DNA of 63,860 nucleotides, filler included, from Basidiobolus ranarum (Eukaryota), in the NCBI GenBank assembly GCA_040143965.1. It is 31 parts of 31 records of this genome, joined end to end, with 100 filler letters (N's around TTAATTAATTAA, not from the genome) between each part and the next. Parts side by side here need not be neighbours in the genome. Positions count along the whole stretch, not along the records: positions 24,823 to 26,787 come from JASJQH010004005.1; positions 26,888 to 28,851 come from JASJQH010004006.1; positions 28,952 to 30,915 come from JASJQH010004007.1; positions 31,016 to 32,979 come from JASJQH010004008.1; positions 33,080 to 35,042 come from JASJQH010004009.1; positions 35,143 to 37,104 come from JASJQH010004010.1; positions 37,205 to 39,165 come from JASJQH010004011.1; 24 more parts are not named here. One strand, 5' to 3'. Below are positions 24,823 through 37,314 of the stretch, piece after piece; positions within the stretch are counted from its first letter, which is position 1; every line of letters starts with the position of its first letter. A model generated the notes under the pieces. The model made no database searches, was not told where the DNA came from, and was given only the letters and a program-made list of their open reading frames with translations. Made by a program: the position numbers and the translations under genes.

Positions 24823-26787
24823 ATTAGGCCAAATTTGGAATCTGAAACTATCAATCAACATGATCCAAATTTAGTAAATATCACATCTGGGACAAGGTCT
24901 AAAACATCAGCCACCAATGAATATATGACAAAGCTCAAATTATTCCCAATCCCTGTGGTGCATATTCCTAGCAGATAACCAACAAGCAATAATCCTGTCT
25001 CAAACTTCACTACAAGTACTGAAACCAAGGATAACAAACTGTTTTGTGATATTGTAGAATCAAGCAGCTATATCAGTAGTGAAACATTAGGCAGCACTGG
25101 AAATGTACCAATTTATACCAGAAAACCTGATAATTACTCTGAGGATACTGATAATCTGGAACCAGCTTCTGGATATCAGCATATTATCTCTGCCAATGAA
25201 AAATATGGTAATAAGAAAAAGGATATTCTTCCAGCCAATCAGGATTCAGGATATTGGGCTCAGAAGCAAGGCAATAATTTTCTGACCAATCATATACCTA
25301 AGAAATATCCTACTCTCAATTTGGCTGATATTGGATCTAATCAATTATTGGAAGTATGCAATCAATTGCAATAAGTATTCAATCAATCACAAAATTCTGG
25401 TAATCAGGTCTCAAACATCCAACCAATTGGAAATCAGAAACATCCTGTAAGTGAAACATCTGACCATTCTACAAAGGACTTTGGATGTCTCAAATCAGAG
25501 CATGAAATCAATAGTTTCAATTCAGAAAAAGGGTGGAGTATATCTGCACATAGAGCATTTTCTGAACCAGAAAATTCAACACATGGTCTGAAATCTGATG
25601 AAGCAACAGAATGGAGAAAAGCCATTCATGATGAAATTCACTCTCTAATCAAGATTAACACATGGATCCTTGTGGAATTACCTATAGGAAGAAAAACTAT
25701 TGGTAATAGATGGGTGCTGAAACTGAAACTTAGTAAAAGGCTATGCTCAGAAACGTAGCATTGACGATGATGAAGCATTTTCTCCTGTTGCTAAGTTTAC
25801 CTCAATCAGAGTCCTCCGGGCCATTGCTACCTACCAAGGAATGCTGATTGAACAAATGGATGTCAAGATAGCATATCTTAATGGAGAAATTGATGAAGAT
25901 ATATATGTGGATCAACCAGATGGATATATTCTAAAAGGAATAGAACATCAAGTATGCAAACTACAGAGAATTCTATATGGTCTGAAACAGCCTTCTTGCA
26001 CATGGAATACTAAAATCAATCAGATCTTCATGAAAAATCTTTTCCATTGTAGCAAAGCTGATCACTGCATATACTTCAAGACTATCAAAGCCACCAAAGT
26101 GATAATTGTTCTCTATGTTGATGATATCATAATAGTTAGTAATTGCCCAAATCTGATCAAACAAACTAAGACCTGGCTATCTACCAAGTTTGAAATGCAA
26201 GATCTCAGATCACTAGCATATTGTCTTGGAATGCAGATACATCAATATTCCACTATTGGAACACTCTCTATTATACAAGAAAAATATATTCACGATGTTT
26301 CAAACAAATTCAACATGTCAGAATGTAAAACAGCTTCAAATCCACTATGTATGCTGAAACTCTCTATGGATATGGAACCACAGACCTCTGAAGATATTGA
26401 AATCATGGAACATATTCCTTACCATAGTGCAGTTGGAAGTGTAATATATGCAACAACTGGTACTAGGCATGATATTGCTACAGGAGTAAGCATAGTAAGC
26501 AAATATATGGAGAATCCTGAAATGGAACATTGGATAGCTGTGAAACAGATAATACACTATCTGAAAGGAACAATACATCATGGGATTCAATTTAGTTAGC
26601 AGTACAACATGTCACTTATTTTGGAAGGATATACTGATGCAGACTGGGCTAACAATACAGAAGACCATAAATCCAGAACCGGCTATGTGTTTAAGCTAGC
26701 AGGTGGGCCAATAAGCTGGATTAGGAAGAAACAACAAACTGTTGCATCATCAACTACAGAAGCAGAATATATTGCTAGCTCTGTGGG
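24823..26787 (+). pseudogene. Copia pol: linker, reverse transcriptase, RNase H start
   Basis: QMDVK, LYGLKQ, LYVDDII, YHSAVGSVIY, GYTDADWA, STTEAEYIA. Confidence 0.95.
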
Positions 26788-26887
26788 NNNNNNNNNNNNN
26801 NNNNNNNNNNNNNNNNNNNNNNNNNNNNNNNTTAATTAATTAANNNNNNNNNNNNNNNNNNNNNNNNNNNNNNNNNNNNNNNNNNNN

Positions 26888-28532
26888 GTTCTTGCTGGTG
26901 TTTTCCTTTTGTGCTAGCAGGCTTTTGCTTTGAAGCTGATTTAGACTTGGATTTTGAATGCTTTGTCAATGGTATCAAAATATTCAGATGGTAAGCTTGG
27001 TGTATTGAAATTGCTTAGAAACAGCTGAAAATAAACCAAAATTGCCATCCATTACTGGAAATATCTTGTAAATCCCCTCATGACTCATCTATCACACAGT
27101 CTCAGAATCAGCTAATGATATTCATGGGCTATATCTAAAAACCACCCTAACTTAGGAGGTATTCCTTTTTCCACAATATCCTTCTCAAGCCACAACACAA
27201 ACATTTAAAGAAGCCCTGCTATTAATGTCACAAATTCTTGTGCTATGAGAGCTGGAGTCTTCATAGATAGAATAATCACAAGCACAGCCACTGTACAAAG
27301 CCACCAGCTTCACAAGCGCTGGTGAATATCAATATTAATAAGTGCATAAAATTGACTTTAATTTTGCCCACTGAGTCCACTGACTGTACTTTGTCTCAAA
27401 GCTGAAGAAGAAGACAATGGTATTATTATGGTCACTTTGTTATTGGCAAGCATTGGTCCACTCATAATGCTTACAGTAAAAGGAGCAGCTTTGATGATTG
27501 AGGAGTGCAAAGTTCAATCCAATCTTAGCAACCAGGTGTTTATTGGTTTTCTTATACTTTTACCGCAGTTGATTGGCAACTGTTGCTTGCCACTGACCAG
27601 GAACAAATGGAAAAGACTTGTCAATTGTATGACTTATGATCCTTCAGTAATTAAACTATCTTTCTGTCCAAATGGTTATTTGGCATTCAATGGTGATCTG
27701 AAAAACTTTAATACATATACTGTTTGCACACAATTGGCAATCACCTAATCACATAAATATTGTTCATATTTGGCTTACATACCATTGATTCCCCATCTTA
27801 AAGTTTTGATGAATTCACCCAAATATAGATCATTGATCAAATACCAGAGTACTCACCATAAAGCCGATAGTATTACCAATTTACTTCATGGATATCACTA
27901 TCAGAATCTGAAAAGTCAAGGTTTCTTTGAGAATACTTATGATTATGCATTGGCGTTGGCTCTGGATGGTTTCTCACTAAACAAATATACCATTCGAAAG
28001 GCTTGCTGGCCAATAGTTTTATTTACTTAAATATTCCTCCTTCTGAAAGGCATAACAGTCCTAATATTTAGATACTATCCATCATATCTGGATCTAAATC
28101 ACTAGTGCTTATAGATAGCTCATTGGAGCCTTTGATTGCGGAATTTCAATGGTTATCAAATGGGGTTCTGATGGATGAATATTTGATTAAAGCTAACATC
28201 ATTGTATGTATTGGTGACACTCATGTCATCAGTAAACTTAGAGGTTTTTGCGAGCATAATGCACTATCTTGTTGTGAATTTTGTCAAATCATTGGGTGCT
28301 ACTCAATCAGGCATATGTATTACTAATAACCAAACAATAAACTAAACTCCATGATTATACTATCAAGAGCCTGGTCAGATTTCAACATGATCACTGATAT
28401 CAATTCACTAAATAGTCAGTCTAACAACAAACTTAGTATTAGCCATAAGCCTAAGATTATTTTGCTAAAGGGGATCAGCTGGAGCTAGAGCTTCCCAATA
28501 GGCATTATGCACTTACTATTCAACAACATTCC
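26888..28532 (+). mobile_element. CACTA-like element centre: start of ORF2 (minus) and tnp2/Transposase_21-type transposase (plus), degenerate
   Basis: CPNG.LAF, LALALDGFS, CWPI, IISG.KS, DS.LEPL, GDT..ISKL.GF..HNA..CC.FC and IMHL.FNN motifs. 26888-27026 is the reverse complement of the ORF2 start seen at 45447. Cut by LTR-E at 28533. Confidence 0.88.
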
Positions 28533-29384
28533 TGTCATGATTCTGATCTTGGCAAAACTGATCCATGACAAATAGAACTTCCTTATTATTAGATTATGAC
28601 ATCATATCTGCTGTGCCATTCCTTCTTGGCATTATGGTGTCAGTTCATCCAGATTACCTTATATAGAAATCATGTTCTTTGGAACATTCCATGAAACCTA
28701 ACCAATCATGTCATCCCACACATAGTGTATTTCCACCAATACCTTCCATGGAAGGTCACCTGATCATCCTTACATCAACCTGGCATCATCCCTCTTTGTA
28801 TTGGTCCTTGCAGCCCCCAATACCCAAACTCTCAAACTTGCCACAGTATATNNNNNNNNNNNNNNNNNNNNNNNNNNNNNNNNNNNNNNNNNNNNTTAAT
28901 TAATTAANNNNNNNNNNNNNNNNNNNNNNNNNNNNNNNNNNNNNNNNNNNNCTAAGTGATATTTGACTAATTAATGTTGACTAACTAATATGTGATATAT
29001 GAAATAGTTAGGTGTATAAAGATAGGGATAACATATATGATAAAGACAATAAACTTCAACATAGTTTCATCGTGTTGTAAACAATCTAACATGTAGAATG
29101 TGTTAAGGAAGGGCCCAGGAATATGTGTGCAAAGTTTGGGGCTTCTTTGAAAAGTCTATATATCTGACAACTTCTAAGTTGGTAAAAATATTACAAGTAA
29201 ATTCCAATTGAGAATAATGGATAATATCTTAGTGAATTATACAATAACTAAGCACTAAGCTATGTATGACTATATAGATGTTTAGGCAATGCTAATTTCA
29301 ACATATTGTGACAGTTCTTGGATGGTTTTGCAAATTAGAAGGGTTGATTCAATCCATATCATATTGGTTTTATATTTGTTAGGG

Positions 29385-29964
29385 CATAATGTTGTATAAG
29401 ATTGCCTACAATTGCACATTTCATAGTAGAAGTAAACACATAGATATTAGATATTACTTAACTAGAGAGAGTATAGAGGATACACTTATAGATTTGACTT
29501 ATTGTTCTACAGAAGACATGATTGCTTATATATTAACCAAACAATTAGGTAGACAGAAATTTGAGAAATTTAGACCTTCCTGGGGATTATTTTATATAAC
29601 TATTTGGTTGAGGAAGAGTGTTGAAATAAGCATTGCCTAAACATCTATATAGTCATATAGAGCTTAGTACTTAGTTATCTTATAATTCACAAAGATATTT
29701 CTATTATTCTCAATCCAAATTTACTCAGAATACTTTTACCAACTTAGATGTTTTCAGATATATAGCTTTTTCAAACTTGTGTTAGAAGCCCCAAGCTTTG
29801 CACACATATTCCTGGGATCTCCCTTAATATATTATACATGCTTGTTTGCCTATATCTTACCAAAATACTAATGTCAACTTTCTAATTAATAAATCAACTA
29901 GTGAAAATCACCAATTTCTCTAATTCTCTAATCAACTTCCAATGGGCTCCCAAATACTTCAACA
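29385..29964 (+). mobile_element. Copia family B RNase H, PPT and 3' LTR (29619-29964)
   Basis: FHSRSKHIDIRYYLTRE; purine tract GAGGAAGAG; TGTTGAAATAAGCATTGCC...TACTTCAACA. Preceded by a TGTTAGGG end at 29377-29384. Confidence 0.9.
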
Positions 29965-30342
29965 TCTTGGCTGTGGAATATTAAATTAATAACTTGTATC
30001 TAAGGTGAGTTTCCTTGGGCTAATTTTGAATGACTTGAAATTGGGAAATATGATTTGTTAATTCTTAGAAAATTTGCATGTTAAATATATTTTTCAATTT
30101 TCAGTCAACTCTTAGCTTACTTATATGTGATATAAGGAACTGTTAGGAGTATAAAGATATGCATAATAAATATTGTAAAGATAATGAACTTCAACATCTC
30201 TGTCAGTTTCCAATACATGACTTTTTAAAGCATATATTTACTTCATGAACCTTGTCAAATCCAAGTCTTTGGTAAAGACATGCTTTAGTACTCCTGAAGT
30301 AAGTCTTAAAAACATCATGGATTTTTCTTATAGTATCAATAT

Positions 30343-30915
30343 TGTTGGATAATTGATCTTTATTCAACATCATGGTTAACTTTAGTTATGATACATATAT
30401 CAGAAACAGAAAGCAATGTATCTATAGCCCCTATATTCTAAATAGGAATATCTCTATATGTATATAGCAAGTATGTCTTAATACCTTCACTTATCTATTA
30501 TATCCTATTACACACACTCCTGAATATCTCAAACAATTGATTTACTTTTCTACTATTTAAGTCACCATATACTCTTAAGAATAAAGTAACTAAAACACAC
30601 TATCATAAGTTGCTTCTAATACATAAAGTCTACCCCCATTATGTCAAGATCCTCCAACATGGTAGCAGCAAGTGAATTAGAGTCTTCTTCCCAAAAGGAG
30701 ATTACTAATATTCCAACATTCAATGGGGAAGATTTCCATGAATGGAAATTCAAGATGCAACTTGTGCTTGAAGGGAAACATGTCTGGGAAGTAGTTCAAC
30801 CAGATGAAGAAGAAAGTACAGATTCTGACACTGAAACAAAGAAGCCAACACATAAAGAAGCCAGGGCAGCCTTCAAAGAAAAAGACAGATTGGCATTTAG
30901 GGAAATATGTCTAAG
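30343..30915 (+). mobile_element. Copia family C 5' LTR (30343-30659), PBS and gag start
   Basis: LTR ends CCTCCAACA; PBS TGGTAGCAGC at 30660; gag IPTFNGEDFHEWKFKMQLVLEGKHVWEVV. Confidence 0.92.
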
Positions 30916-31015
30916 NNNNNNNNNNNNNNNNNNNNNNNNNNNNNNNNNNNNNNNNNNNNTTAATTAATTAANNNNNNNNNNNNNNNNNNNNNNNNNNNNN
31001 NNNNNNNNNNNNNNN

Positions 31016-32979
31016 AAATAGGAATATCTCTATATCTATATAACAAGTATGTCTTATTACCCCCACTTATCTATTATATCTTATTACACAAACTCCTGAA
31101 TATCTCAGACAATTGATTTACTTTTCTACTATATAAGTCACCATATACTCTTAAGAATAAACTAACTAAAACACACTATCATAAGTTGCTTCTAATACTT
31201 AAAAGTCTAACCCCATTATGTCAAGATCCTCCAACAATTACTTGTATTAGATTAACTCACATATTGTTGCATTATTTTGGTAGTTGTTGCAAGTGATTTG
31301 TGGTCTAGTAGCATTGGTGATTTTCACTTACTGAAATATTAAGTGCCAGTTGATGTTTATACTATTCTCAAGAAAAAGATAAGCTAACATGTAGAATATG
31401 TTCAGGGTGGTCCCAGGAATATGTGTACAAAGTTTGGGGTCTCTTGGACAGGTTTGAGAAAGCCATATATGTTGAAATTAGCATTGCCTAAACACCTAAA
31501 TAGTCATATATGTTAAAGTATTTGGGAGCCTGTTGAGAGTGGTTTGGAGAATTAGAGAAATTGATGGTTTTCACTTATTGATTTATTGAGTAGAAAGTTG
31601 ACAGTTATAGTTTTGTCAAGATGTTAGCAAATTACCATGCAGAATATGTTAAGCAAGGTCCCAGGAACATGTGTGCAAAGTTTGGGGCTTCTTTAAAAAA
31701 TCTATATATCATCAAGCTTCTAAGTAAATTCCAATTGAGAATAATGGAAAATATCTTGGTGAATTTTAAGATACTAAGTACTAAGCTATATATGACTATA
31801 AAGGTGTTTAGGCAAAGCTAATTTCAACATTATTGAGTGTCTTTTGATATTTATACTTTTGTTAAGAGGTATGCATACCAATGTGTAGAGTACAAAGCTT
31901 GGGGTCTATTGGACAAGGTTGAGACAATCAGAATATATGAAGGAGGGTCCTAGGAACATGTGTGCAAAATTTGGGGCTTCTTTGAAAAATCTGTATATCT
32001 GGGAACTGTTGATATTAGCATTGCCTAAACACCTATATAGTGATATAGAGCTTAGTACTTAGTTGTCTTATATTTCACTAAGATATTATCCATTATTCTC
32101 AATTGGAATTTACTTGAAATATTTTTACCAACTTAGAAGTGCACAGATATATAAGTTTTTCAAACTTATGCTAGAGGCCCCAAACTTTGTGCACATGTTC
32201 TTGGGACCTTCCTTAACACATTCTACATGTTAGCTTTTTTACATCTTGACAAAACTGTAAATGACAACTTTCTACTCAATAAAACAATAAGTGAAAACCA
32301 CTAATTCCTCTAATTCTGCAAACCACTTTCAACAGGTTCCCAAATACTTTAACAAGAACTTCTAAGTTGGTAGAAAAATATTCTAAGTAAGTTCCAATTG
32401 AGAATAATAGGTAATATTTGTTAAATTTAGCTTTGTCTAAACACCTATATAGTCATATATAGCTTAGTACTTAGTTATCTTATAATTCACTAAGATATTA
32501 TCCATTATTCTCAATTGGAATTGACTTGAATATTTTTACCAACCTAGAAGTTCTCAGATATACAGATTTTTTCAACTTGTGCTAGAAGTCCCAAACTTTG
32601 CACACATGTTCCTGGGACCTTCCTTAACACATTCTACATGTTGGTTTATTTACATCTTGACAAAACTATAAATGTAAATTTTCTACTCAATAAATCAATA
32701 AGAGAAAACCACCAATTTCTCTAATTCTTCAAACCACTTCCAACAAGCTCCCAAATACTTGAGCAGGTTATAAGCCCTGAGCTTGCACTCTCTGTAATGT
32801 CTACTTCTCAAACTTATGGAACTTTTCCCTCTTCTGAAAAATTGGATGGAACCAATTATCAAGTTTGGAAAATTAAAACAAAAATGCTGCTGCAAGAAAA
32901 AGGACTTTAGGACACCATTTTAGGAGAAGAAAACAATGCAAAATTATCTGAAACCAAAATTTCACTCCAAGTTAGAAAC
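31016..32979. repeat. Nested stack of LTR-C and LTR-B copies ending in a family B 5' LTR, PBS and gag
   Basis: Complete LTR-B copies at 31511-31829 (minus), 32007-32354 (plus, TSD GGAAC/AGAAC) and 32419-32765 (plus). The last is followed by PBS GGTTATAAGCCCTGAGC and EKLDGTNYQVWKIK. Confidence 0.9.
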
Positions 32980-33079
32980 NNNNNNNNNNNNNNNNNNNNN
33001 NNNNNNNNNNNNNNNNNNNNNNNTTAATTAATTAANNNNNNNNNNNNNNNNNNNNNNNNNNNNNNNNNNNNNNNNNNNN

Positions 33080-33406
33080 TCTCATTATGGCTGGAATACA
33101 AAGCCTAAAATATCTAAATAAAGGCATGCATATTAATTTGAATTCCTACAGCAGTAAACCCAGTAATTTGCCATTCAAAAATTATATTTTGAAAAAATTG
33201 CCAGATATTGAATAACACATGCTAAATTTGAGGATCAATATTTTAACATGTATAAATACTGTAAAAATACTGTTAAGAAACCACCATCACACCATCAAAA
33301 TCCCTGGCAGAATGCAAGCCACCAATATTGTAATGGTTTTCTGATGGTTTTACTCTTTTGGAGGGTGGGTACAATCTGGATCAAATCAATTTTATTTTTG
33401 TTAGGG
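33080..33406 (+). mobile_element. CACTA-like element, transposase-side terminus
   Basis: Ends GATCAAATCAATTTTATTTTTGTTAGGG and is inserted in gypsy gag. The same end occurs at 29384, 33747, 38162, 45136, 48979 and about 54614. Confidence 0.85.
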
Positions 33407-33746
33407 ACTAGGCCTACTTTTGTTTGGTCTGTGTGGCAGCAATGGGGATGCTACTGGATTATGAGTTTCACTTGGTTGATAACATCATAATAGTTATGAT
33501 GAGTTCCATCCAACTTATTTGGTAAGGGGATCTTGGGGTCAGAAGTTGAATTTATGGGGTAGTAGGGTGGAGCTGGATTCTGTTCTTGAGCAAGAGAAGC
33601 ACAAAGTTCTTGATTTTCTTACTGAAGCTGAGTAAGAGTTTGCATGATATCTTCCATTGTGGTTCCTAGCGTAGATATAATACTTACTATGATGGGAGGG
33701 GGAAGTTTTAAAACCACACCTTTTTTCTAGGAAAGATATTCACAAT

Positions 33747-35042
33747 CCCTAACAGATATATAATCAATTTGATCTGGATCAGATCCATGCTTTTAAATTG
33801 CAAAATATAATTTTTGAATGGCAAATTATTGGGTTTACTACTGTAGGAATTTGAATTAATATGCATGCCTTATTTAGATATATCAGGCTTTGTATTCCAG
33901 CCATAATGCAAATCAAAAAATACAAGAATCTTGTTATGTTCAGTCTCTACATATGTACATACTTAACTGATCAGAGATAACTCAACAACATCAATATGCT
34001 TTACCAGCAAACTAACAATGAAAAATTGCCACATATCTGAAATTTTGAATAGCAATGACACTTGGCAAATAGCTGACACTTGTTACTATTTGCAATGAGA
34101 ATAAACTCTTGGATCTTGGCAAATATCTGCAAAGAATTCAGCCAAAATATCTCCAACTTGCAGCCAACAAATGTCCTGCCACAAGTAGATGTGTCATTGC
34201 TTGAATAGACTACCCCATGGCTAAAGCAATAATACTGTTTATCTCCATCTATCTCACCAATCAATCTGTATTGCACTTTCCTAGAAATACCATCATATAA
34301 TTACACAAAAAAATTAGTCTAAATTATAGAGGTACTCACTCTGTGTCCATGGATTGGGCTTTGTTGCTGTTACTATGCTCAAACAATGTGAAAACCCTTG
34401 AGCATATAGAAAAGAGCTCTTTGTTGGAAGGTCAATATACTCTGGAGTCTCCTGAACCCATTGCATTACATCCATCACAGATTTTGATGATACATTATTA
34501 ATCAGATTAGTATATGATAATACTGACAATTTCACACAGAGCATCATTTTGCCACAGGTGCGCTCCATTGGGAGCTCCCAGAATGTATAGCAAGGGCCTA
34601 TAATCTCTAACCATTGTGAAAGATGCAGCAAGGAATGTATTGAATACTGGCATGGATTCAGTCTACCTTCTTTAAACCTGTAATAAAGTGTTTCATAGCC
34701 AAATACATAATCTTTGCACAGTTGCTGTATCTGCCTGAAATCTGCCAATGTGAGTTGATGCCATAAGAATATATTAACAATATCCACAAACAACTCCCAA
34801 TGTTGCCAATACTTATCAGGCAGAAATCTTTTCAAAATTCCACTTGAATATATACAAATCCAATACTTCCAGTCTTTGCATTTGAATAAACACCTAGATG
34901 AGTGGATATTGATGGGAGTCCTGGTAAAATATGATGGTATCTTGATGTTTTCAAGCATTTTCCCAATCAATTCAAACTTTGATCCTATCTCAAATGGCTC
35001 ATTCATATTGAATTTTCCACTGTATAGCTGAGTAAGTAGTAT
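33747..35042 (-). mobile_element. CACTA-like transposase C-terminal half and terminus
   Basis: ORF 34314-35006 IPSYFTRTP...FKCKDWKYW...HWELFV...SIHSLLHL..GP...WELPMERTCG; CCCTAACA at 33747. Confidence 0.9.
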
Positions 35043-35239
35043 NNNNNNNNNNNNNNNNNNNNNNNNNNNNNNNNNNNNNNNNNNNNTTAATTAATTAANN
35101 NNNNNNNNNNNNNNNNNNNNNNNNNNNNNNNNNNNNNNNNNNAAATGCTTAATTTCTGGTCAATAAATAATTATCTCACAAAGCTATTCACAACTCCACT
35201 TTTCTAAAGTTCCTCCAAACTGCCCATATTTTCCCAATA

Positions 35240-37104
35240 GTTATTCCAGTACCAATGGTAGTAAAGCAGAGGTTGAAGAAGATGATGGTTTTGTTTTGGA
35301 CTCTTTCTAATCCGCAAACATAAGTTCACCCTTAACACTTACAGTAAAGGAAGCAGATTTGATTATTGAGGAGTGGAGAGTTCAATCCAATCTTAGCAAC
35401 CAGGTGTTTATTGGTTTTCTTACACTTTTACCACAGTTGACTGGCAACTATTGCTTTCTGCAGATCTGGTACATGTGGAAAACACTTGTCAGTTATATGA
35501 CTTATAATCCTTCAGTGATTAAGCTACCTTCATGTCCAAATGGCTGTTTGGCTTTCTCTGGTGATCTGAGAAACCTGAAGTCATATACTGTTGTGCACAA
35601 TTGACAATCTCTGAATCAGGTAAATATTGTTCTTTTTTGGCTTACATACCTTTGATTCCCCATCTTAAAGTTTTGATGAAATCACACAAATATATATCAT
35701 TGATCCGATACCAAAGTACTCACCATAAAGCTGATGCTAATACCAATATAATCAATGGATATCACTAACAGAATCTGAACAGTCAAGGTTTCTTTGAGAA
35801 CATATATGATCATGCATTTGCATTGGTTCTTGATTGTTTCTCACCAAACAAATATACTGTTGGAAAGGCTTGCTGGCCAATAATTTTAATCAACTTAAAT
35901 CTTCCTCCTTCTGAATGATATAAGAGTCACAATATTTTGTTATTATCCAACATATCTGGGCCTAAATCTCCAGTCCTTATAGATAGCTTCTTGCAGCCTT
36001 TGATTGTGGAATATGAATGGTTATCTAATGGGGTTTGGATGGGTGAATATTTCATTAAAGCTAATAACATTGCATGTATTGGTCACACTCCTGGCATCAG
36101 TAAACTTGGAGATTTTTGCAGGCACAACGTACTATCTTGCTGTAGATTTTGTCAAATCAACAAAGTTTACTCCAAAAGGCATATAGTAGTGCATCAATAT
36201 ATAAAGTTGTTCAACTTACACCATATCTATAAAACTTGTTTGAATATTGGTTTAGTTTATCATCAATGCTAACTAGTTACCTGACCTTATCTAGTGACCC
36301 TATCATATGACTTATCACATGACTAACTATCTGTTTTCTTATCCCCTCTATCCTATAATATGACCCATCACTTGATCATTATCTAATCAGTACTAACCTC
36401 TTAATCATTTTCCTAGACACAAGTCAATAAGAGTTACAGGATTTATAACCAAAGATCTTTCACTGCCAAGACTTCAGCTGATGCATGACTCACTTATCTA
36501 TCTATCTATCTATCCACTCACCTTTTCTTTATCAGAATTAGTCATCTCATGTCTTGGTGCTGACTACTTCACTTTGCTATTAAAAAGTATAAATAAAGCT
36601 AACTGAACCTTCTGGTTTACTGTGTGTCTCAATGAATATAGGAACACAATACTTCTCATTGTTTCTCAACAAATTCAATATTCCCCTCTTATTTCTATCC
36701 AAGACTAGTATCCACTAGCACCTACAGAACACTAAGCCTAACTTCCTAGCAAATCTTCTCTCTACCATAATGTAGCAACCCACTGCTATTCCCAAGACAT
36801 ATATTAGTTAGATCTGGTCTGCTGATATACCCTGGTTAAACAGTTCTAAGATTCTGCACTTATCTGTTTCTTTGGTTCAGTAAAGTTCAAGACTTTTTGA
36901 CCACTTTTCACTTGGACACAACACATACAACATTACTACTATCCAAATACAACACTAAAACTTCCTGATTTTGCCATCAAGAGCCTATTCAGATTTCAAT
37001 TTGATCACTGATATCAATTTACTAAATAGTCAGTCTAACATCAAACTTGGTATTAGCCTTAAGCCTAAGATTATATTGCTAAAGGTATCAGCTGGAGCCA
37101 GAGC
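35240..37104 (+). pseudogene. CACTA-like transposase N-terminal half, interrupted by a solo LTR
   Basis: Same motifs as 27428-28532; the insertion occupies 36185-36923. Confidence 0.87.
36185..36923. repeat. Probable solo LTR of another family (about 740 bp)
   Basis: AGTAGTG...CACAACA flanked by CATAT/CATAC. Absent from the transposase copies at about 28316 and 53157. Contains TATAAATAAA. Confidence 0.7.
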
Positions 37105-37314
37105 NNNNNNNNNNNNNNNNNNNNNNNNNNNNNNNNNNNNNNNNNNNNTTAATTAATTAANNNNNNNNNNNNNNNNNNNNNNNNNNNNNNNNNNNNNNNN
37201 NNNNATGCCAGAGGGTGATGGATAGTGCCAAATTGTGCCGCATAAATTTTAGAATACTTTATCCAATATGATATATACAGCACAATCTGGCACTATCACA
37301 GAGAACAAGTCCAT

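Noticed and set aside
33248-33490. Recurrent ORF KKPPSHHQNPWQNASHQYC (also 38057-38323 and 45133-45327)
   Set aside because: Translation of the transposon's subterminal repeat; frames differ between copies and run into unrelated flanks.
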